Below, in pieces: positions 55,717 through 64,000 of a stretch of 64,000 nt of DNA (positions are counted from its first letter, which is position 1; each line of letters starts with the position of its first letter). A program made the translations under genes and the position numbers. The stretch is from assembly GCF_009914755.1 (NCBI RefSeq), contig NC_060929.1. One strand, 5' to 3'. The stretch is from the human T2T-CHM13v2.0 reference genome, Homo sapiens. The notes beneath the pieces are model-generated. The model was not told where the DNA came from. It saw nothing but the letters and a program-made list of their open reading frames with translations, and did no database searches.

Positions 55717-56051
55717 TGATATGGTTTGGCTGTGTCCCCACCCAAATCTCATCTTGAATTGTAGCTCCCATAATTGTCACATCATGGGAAGGACCTAGTG
55801 GGAAGTAATTTCCCATGCTGTTGTTGTGATACTGAATCTCACAAGATCTGATGGTTTTACAAAAGGACAGTTCCCCTGCACACACTCTCTTGTCTGCTGC
55901 CATGTAAGACATAACTTTGCTTCTCATTTGCCTTACACCATGGTTGTTAGGCCTCCCCAGGCAGGTGTAACTGTGAGTCCATTAGACCTCTTTTATAAAT
56001 TACCTAGTCTCAGATATGTCTTTATTAGCAGCGTGAGAACAGTCTAATACA
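55717..56051 (-). mobile_element. THE1 solo LTR abutting the AluJ tail
   Basis: tgatatggtttggctgtgtccccacccaaatctc...gcgtgagaacagtctaataca. Confidence 0.9.
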
Positions 56052-57658
56052 GAGAATAACACCTTAAATGAAATAACCTTTTTGGACTCTACATTTCTTC
56101 CTGTAATTTGCCATTTAATTTCCTTTTTTATATACAAGAAACTAGCATTGCAATTTCTTAGTACTTAAATCTCATTACAACTAACATTGATGAGCTGGTG
56201 TCCTACGAAGCATTTTCAGATATCCTTGGAAGACCTTGTTCCTTTTTTTCCCCCTGAGAAGTTAAATATCTAATTCAAAGGATTTTTTAACCTGGACAAA
56301 TTTGTTCTTGAACAGGTTTATCCATACCTAACTGGTCAGCATCTTTGCCAGAAGATGAAATATGTAATAAGCACCAATTGCCTTGTTGTAGCATGTTAGA
56401 AAGCCAGTTAGGAATTCAGCAACTTATGGCCTATCAAAACCTGTAGCTGCTTTTCGAAATTTAAGAGCTGTGACCTGTTTATAGATATCATAACAGTGTC
56501 TTAAAGTGACAACAAGAAGTTTAACCAACTGTGTTGTGTATGGGGACAGCTTAGGCTCTAGGTAGGTGTGTGAGGTAACTGGAGAGACAGGAATAATGAT
56601 CAACTTATTCACGAGCAATTCTAGTACATGACTCATGTCAGACAACATCAGCATGAGTTGTGGATGGTTTATGCTTTTTCCCCAGGATAATAAAAAAGCA
56701 GCAAGAGGGAATATAAAGTTTATCCTGGTTTTCTTGCCAAATGAAAGGAATTATAGTTGTCATTATTTTTACCATTCTGGAATTACGTGGATATGATGAT
56801 TCTAAATGAAAATACAAGCCGAAATATATAACCTGCAGATGTGCTTTAATGTTTCTTCATAATGCGATAGAGCTGTTTTTTAAAATAAAATCAGAGTAGC
56901 ATGACCAAAAGGGGCAGACATTATAACCACTTGACATTTTCTTGGAGATATTTCTTATGTGAGTAGTGTGAAAAGGGATGTCATTGAACCGGTATGTTTA
57001 CGAAGCACAGAAAGTCTTTGTGCAGATTGCTTGAGGTGTGTGGCAGTATTACAGCCATGTATCAGTGATGTATCCTAAAATGCTTGGCATTTCCATGCAT
57101 TGGGCTGAGTGTAGGAATGCGGGGGATATTCGTTTTCTTTGGTTTTTATTTTTGCAGGCTCAAATTCATTAGATAAGAAAACAAACTCATATTTTCCCAT
57201 TTATGTGTACTATAAACACATATTTACACTACTGAAGCCTAGGGACAACCCAGAGAGCTTAATAAATGGTCTTAATAAAGATCATGTAGATTCTTGCTTG
57301 GTGACTGTAGTTTGTTCTTCCATACGGTCCCAGTTACCCAGAGTTTCAGGTGGAGGGTGGTTAGGATGGGTGAAGTTCCACTGAATTTGATGCATTTTCA
57401 TTTTATTTAAGGAAAGAACAGTGTGTATGTACAGTCTGCCACAGAGGGTAAATCTTTAAAAGAATCTTTTGCTCTTTTCCTGAACGTAATTAAATTTCCA
57501 TTATCTTTTTCTTTGCCAGAAGTTTAATGACTTATATTTAATAATTGAGTTGTAATTTATTCCCCACGTTTGCTCCCACTTGATGAAGGAAGCAAAATCT
57601 AATGTAACAAATACTTTCTGACTAAATTTTTCCTTCTCTTCTTTAACTTTTCTTTTAG

Positions 57659-57746
57659 GACTCAGCCCAAAACCATGTTTGCCCAAGTTGAATCTGATGA
57701 TGAGGAAGCAAAGAATGAGCCAGAATGGAAAAAACGTAAAATTTGA
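57659..57746 (+). CDS. WDR70: WDR70 terminal exon, coding part with stop
   Basis: long pyrimidine tract tcttttag|G ACT CAG...AAA ATT TGA; 88 nt; TQPKTMFAQVESDDEEAKNEPEWKKRKI*; phase matches exon ending at 32219. Confidence 0.96.
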
Positions 57747-57823
57747 AGAATCTCATTTGAGAGCTGTTTGCATGAGTGGGAGGGGTATGGGACAGGTTTG
57801 GGTTTTTTTTTTATGCTCATGAA

Positions 57824-57829
57824 ATTAAA
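57824..57829 (+). terminator. WDR70: Probable WDR70 polyadenylation signal (ATTAAA); 3'UTR about 100 nt
   Basis: ATTAAA about 80 nt after TGA, preceded by a T10 run and followed by GT/T-rich ggttttgtcctttg near 57848. Confidence 0.7.
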
Positions 57830-58249
57830 AATTCATTTTTATGAACAGGTTTTGTCCTTTGCATTATTGAACTGGTCAAAAGTTTGGTGGCTAGGCTTCA
57901 CTAAAATTGTGCTTAAATTTTCTTACCTGCAACTATTAAACTGATTACAGATAAACAAGAAACAGATTCTTAGTCTATTACCAAGTACTTTAGGTATTTG
58001 GAAACTTTATTCAACAATTATTGGTCTTGTCCAGATTCTCATAACCTTAGAGAGGAAAATGTACATTAAGATGTGCATCTGTCTCTAGCAATTCTAGGAA
58101 CATAATATAGAAATAGAGATCAAAAAGTTTAATGTTTCTGTATAATTTCACAACAGTTGTTTACATGACTGTAATTAATTAGGCTGAGTTCAAACCAAAT
58201 ACATTGCCATACTGGGAAAGAGCATTATCTCATTATCCTTCAATAGCAG

Positions 58250-58490
58250 AATACAGTGGTTAAGAGTTAGGAGTGGGCTTTGAAGTCAGACTCATGTGGA
58301 TTCAAGTCCTGGCTTTGCTCTTTACTTCTGGGTCATCTTAAGAGAGTTATTTAACTTTTCTTTTCTAGCCTCAGATGATGAAATAGTACGTACTTTGCAG
58401 GTTCGTCAGAAGAATTAAATGGGACATGCCTCACAGAGCATTTAGTACAGTACCTGGAACACAGTAAATGTATACCAAATATTTGCTATT
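58250..58490 (+). mobile_element. MIR SINE
   Basis: cagtggttaagag...ggctttgaagtcagac...ttagtacagtacctggaacacagtaaatg. Confidence 0.75.
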
Positions 58491-59094
58491 TTAAAATAGG
58501 GCTAATATTTACTTTGCTTGGTTTTTATCAGTATTAAATTAGAAAGGTATAGAATTGCTTTGTAAATGTAAAGACTAAACAGAAGACATTAAAAATTATT
58601 CTAAAAAATCATTGTGCTTTAGTGACTAAAAAACTAAAACAAAAGTTGGCAGTTTGTCCAAAATAATAATGCATCAATAGAATAAATTCTGTGCATTGGT
58701 TTCACACAGACATGGGGTAGTTTTTGCATGTTAAATAGTCCCCTCTAGACAGGTTTTTTAGGACTTGCCTTCTCCCCTCCTGCTCTCATTTGTTCTAGTG
58801 ATTTCAATAATTATAAAAATGCATGATGATCCCAAAAGTATATCAGAAAACTCCTGGTTTTACAGGCTTCACGTACCCACACCTGCTTCCCAAAAAATAT
58901 TTTTAAAGAATCACTTGTACTCACACAGCTCCCTTGTCTCTACAGATTCTGAGGTGGCAGTGGGCATTCTTTTATAGATAAATCCTTAAAACTTCATTCT
59001 CATACACTTTCTCAGTCCTTCCTTCCTACCCCCATCCTCATCCTATTCCCCTTCTCTTGTGACTCAGACTATAGGTAATAGGTAAAAAGAAAAG

Positions 59095-59270
59095 AACTAA
59101 CATTTGCTGAGTGTCTGCTACATAATGAGTACTATCCCAAGCCCTTTACTTGTGTTAGCTGATTTAATCCTCACAAAAAGCCTATGAGTAGGTAAAATTG
59201 CTAAACCCATTTTCCAGATGAGGCAAAAGAGATTCAACATGTCAAATCATATGTCTGAGGTCACAGCCAG
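59095..59270 (-). mobile_element. MIR SINE
   Basis: aacatttgctgagtgtctgcta...tttaatcctcacaaaaagcctatgag...cccattttccagatgagg. Confidence 0.75.
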
Positions 59271-62113
59271 AGAGGGCTGCATGACAGCACCCAAGATCTC
59301 TAAACATCAGTAATTAACAAATAGCCCCAAGTTTTCTGTTCCTTTTGAAAAACACTTCATTCAGAATCAATTACAGACCAATATTTTGTTCCAGCTGCTT
59401 AGAATGTATAAATTTATTACTTCTTGAATAAAATTTACTGAAAGCATCTCACATTTTCCCCCATCTTAACATAAACATTGCACCATATGGAAGTATTCGT
59501 CTTGTACAGCCAAAAGTTGCAGTGGAGGGTTGGAGGAGGAATAAAAACTTGATCATAGTGGTCTTGGCGGAGTCAGCTATGATGTAAGGGAAGAGAAAGG
59601 CAAATTTCGCACGAAGATGATTTTCTCATCGTTACCCACAACACAAGTGGGCCTTTTCATATTTAAGAGGATCTGTCTCACTGTAGAGAGTTTTATAAAG
59701 AATTATTTTTTCCACAGAAGATTGGCAACATGCACATACGGATTTCAATTTCAAATTTGGTAAGGGAGGAGTTTAGAACCAGGAATGGACAAATAGTGTG
59801 TGTTCATTTGACCTGCAGTCCTGTCACCAGAGTGGGCATCAACAGTTATTTATCTTACAGTCCCTCACACTCCCCATGTCCCTCAGGCCTCGTTATCTTC
59901 CCCCATGCAACCTTGTATTTGGTCGCCTTCATTTCTAGTTGCTCGAAGGAACTGGCAGTCATCCTAATGACTCCTCCCTCACCCCCCACTCCCACCCATT
60001 TAATTATTTGCCAGTTTCTTCCCATGCTGTCTTCTGAATCTCTCATATTTGCCCTTCCTCTCTTTCCCTACCACCCCTCTAGAATTTAGACCCTCTTTTA
60101 GCCTTCACCAGCACCACTCAGGAGCCTCCTGCCCAAATGATCTTCCTGTTTTTCATTAGGTCCTCATCTAACCCATCTTTCATTCTGTCATCAGAGTTGG
60201 CCTTCTAAAGTCAAAATCTGTCATTTCATTCTTTTGCCTAGAGCCTTCCAGAAGCTCTATGTCAGTACTCATGCGTTTATGTGGCAATTGAGGACATCCA
60301 GGATTCGGCCTTTCCCTGTGTTTCATGCTGTAACTCCTGCTGATCTGGCACATGCTTCTGAGGCTCAGCCACTACTATGTTCTTTGGCACCTGAATGGCT
60401 TTGCACATGTTGTCCCCTCTTCCACCCTTGTCTGCTTGGAAAATTCCTATTTGATTTTGGAAACAGGAATCAATTTCACCTTCCCAGGCAGACAGTCTCC
60501 GCTTCGATAGTTGCTTACATATCTCTCAATTATAGCCTCCTTTTATGTTGCGTTATGATTGTATACACATGAATGGCTTGTGGGCCAGTGGTGTGTGCCC
60601 ATGTGTGTACATGCATGTTTCCTCACTAGGGTGTAGATTGTAAAAACTAAAGAGCATTGGGTTCAGTAAATATTCAGTAAGTTTGTTTAATAAATTAGAG
60701 GAGCCATGTTCTATTCACATTTGTATTCCTAGACCCTAGCCCTGAGAAAGGGTTTAAAAAGAGGCGTATTCAATCTTTGGCAGAGGGAGGGAATGAAACA
60801 GGCAAGGATGAAGAATGGATGGGAAAAGAATGAGGTGTGAGAAGTGCTTCTGCCTCGCAGATGGAAAGGAGGATCGTTAGTACTGAAGGTTGGTCTGCAT
60901 CCAGGCTGCTTTACCTCTTCTCTGTGGGGATTTATTCACAGCTAACTGTGATGGCTCAAGGAGGAGGCAGGATTATCTGTGCTATTCCTGGCAGGGCACA
61001 GCAAGTTCTAAGCCACCATGACATCCTCAGGTACTTGCCTCCTGTCCTGTTGGACTTGATACTGGGAAGGTCATGTGACCCTGACTTACCAAAGATCTGA
61101 GAGATGTCTAGCATGGGGATTCTTAACCTAGGCGGGATGTCTGTGAACTCCCTCAAATTTTATGCAGCATGCTTTGCTTATACTCGTACATTTTTCTGTG
61201 GAGAGAATCCATAAATTAGACTCAATTCGAGGATACTGGGTACAGCTAGTAATTCCTTCATCTCCCAGGATAACTGTCTAAAATTGGGCCATTCATACTT
61301 GAAAACCAGGACATAACTCTCACACATTCACACACACACAGTACCAAATAAAACCAACCCAACTAAAACCTTTCATACACTGTCTACCATTTAATCTTAG
61401 GCAATCAGTCATATTGCTTTGTAGTCAGACCTTAGTATTTATTCTTTGAAAGATTATGGCTTTCTGTCCCATTAAAAAAACAAGAGGTCAGCTTCACAGC
61501 CATATGAAGGCAGAAAAAAAAGTGTGAGCATTTTTCTTAATGTGATCTAAGAACAAATATGAGACTTGAGCCAACTTGAGACAAGCTTTAAAGAATCAAC
61601 ATGACTATCTCAGGCATGAGATAGTGTTTAATAATCAGTGAGTCAGATGGGGCAGGAGAAAGGCAAGGTGTACAGGTACACAAACAGCCTGGGTCAGTAG
61701 CCCCCCAGAGGTGATATGCCTCATTCATTTGTGAGACTTATTGTGAAGAGATCAAGAAGTTGGAGAGGGTTGTTTACAGACACATTTTGAAAACCATCTT
61801 TCTGGAATAAGGCACATGTAACTTTAATTTTTGATTAATACCCTCACCAAAGAAGAGAGAGGAGGACCAGGCCATGGGAGAAGTGCCTGAAGACAGGAGA
61901 TCTTTGTGTGTGGGGTGTGCGTGTGTTGAAGTATGTAGCTGCAGGAGGAACTTTCAGGGCAAAGAGTGGAGAAACTGCCATTCTAAGTAGTTTTCTGAAT
62001 TATCAGTTTATACTACTGTCTTCACATTTTTTAATAAAAGCATTTTAAAAGATACTTCACCTGCCCCCAGTAGTAATAATACTCTAATGAAACTTTTGGA
62101 AATGCTTATTTTT

Positions 62114-62919
<806 letters not shown>

Positions 62920-63457
62920 ACTTAAAAGATAAAATTATTCAACCATTCAATTTGTGCTAATTCAAATATTAGCACAAACAGTACTAATATTTTGATGAAT
63001 TACCTTCAATTTTTTTCTTTTTTATATAGTTTTCAGATTTATTTTCTCTTCTCAAAAATAGAATTATTATATTTATGAACAATGTGTATTTTTCACTTAT
63101 AAAATAAGCATGCAAATTTTCCATATTATAAACCTCATATATAATCTTAGTAGCTACATAGTAGCTCATTATATACATATATATTCTAAACTATTATCCT
63201 ATTGGAAATACAGATTATTTTCAAATTTGCTATTATAAGCAATGCTGCTTTGGATAGTTTATGTTGAATTCTTTTCTTAGAATTGGTAAGTAACCCAAAA
63301 TGGAATTATGCGGGGTCAAAAAGTATGACTCATTTGTTAGATAGGGCCATTGCAATCCTGATTATCAGTAGGTGCCCAATTGGAGAGGACAAAGATGATT
63401 CTGGGAAATATTTCTAGTTTACTGGGTTGAACAGTGTTCCCTTAAATTCATGTCCAC

Positions 63458-63837
63458 TGTTAAAAAGCTTAGCTGAATTAAAAGAGTTTAATTGAGCAAA
63501 GAATGATTCATTAATCGTGCAGCCTCCCAAGCCAGAGTAGGCTTAGGAACTCCAGCGCAGCCATGTGGTAGAAGATTTATAGACAGGAAAAGGAAAGTAA
63601 TGCACAGAAAATGGAAATGTACAGAAACAGCCGGATTGGTTATAGCTTGGTGAATGCCCTATTTGAACACAGGTTGAAGAGTTGGACATCTTTGGCCAAA
63701 ACTTGGTGATTTGTACAAGAGTAGGCTACAGTCTGTATACAACTCCATATAGGTTATAGTTCATGATGTACAGAGAAATCTTTAGGCTGAACTTAAAATA
63801 CGTAAGGAGGCAGCTTTAGGCTAAACTGGATTTAACC
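63458..63837 (-). mobile_element. MER51A-like ERV1 3' LTR
   Basis: Reverse complement begins ~gttaaatccagtttagcctaaagctgcctccttacgtattttaagttcagcctaaag; interrupts an MLT1-like start at about 63420-63457. Confidence 0.8.
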
Positions 63838-64000
63838 ATTCCCTCCATTTGGTAACCCTCTCAATTTTGAGAGATTCACCAAAACTTTAGTCATTGATGT
63901 CCCTATCACCATTGTAAATGTACTTATTTGGTCTTGAAACCCACTGAGAAATAGCACAACAGTAGGTTGTGTAAGGCGAAAACAAAGACCTGAGGTTATT
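63838..64000 (-). mobile_element. ERV internal 3' end with polypurine tract, continuing beyond the window
   Basis: attccctccattt next to the LTR reads aaatggagggaat on the minus strand, a PPT directly preceding the LTR. Confidence 0.7.

Noticed and set aside
56660-56720. Second possible alternative acceptor (ttttccccag|gataataaaa)
   Set aside because: The pyrimidine tract is shorter and AATAAA lies within a few nt of the acceptor, so it is weaker than the 57158 candidate and unsupported.

Overview
Human or other great-ape genomic DNA (AluJ/S/Y, L1PA, THE1, MER51). The window holds the 3' part of WDR70 on the + strand. Eight GT-AG coding exons splice in frame (873 nt, 290 codons plus stop) and read VHPKFHYKQAHDSGTDTSCVTFSYDG...EPEWKKRKI*, followed by a short 3'UTR with ATTAAA. 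The rest is intronic or downstream sequence dense in retroelements and DNA-transposon fossils. These include a dead full-length sense-strand L1PA8A-like element in the last intron, a retroposed U6 copy, and the 3' LTR of a MER51-type ERV at the right edge. Almost all ORFs in the supplied track are repeat-derived or spurious. I found no evidence of a new multi-gene system. The most interesting signals are local: (i) a patchwork templated insertion that re-copies an Alu 5' junction; (ii) a 232-bp out-of-order segment inside L1 ORF2; (iii) two routes to WDR70 isoforms lacking the C-terminal SDDEE/KKRK tail; (iv) closely spaced inverted Alus; and (v) candidate regulatory motifs. Repeat subfamily calls are from memory of consensus sequences, and boundaries of old repeats are approximate.
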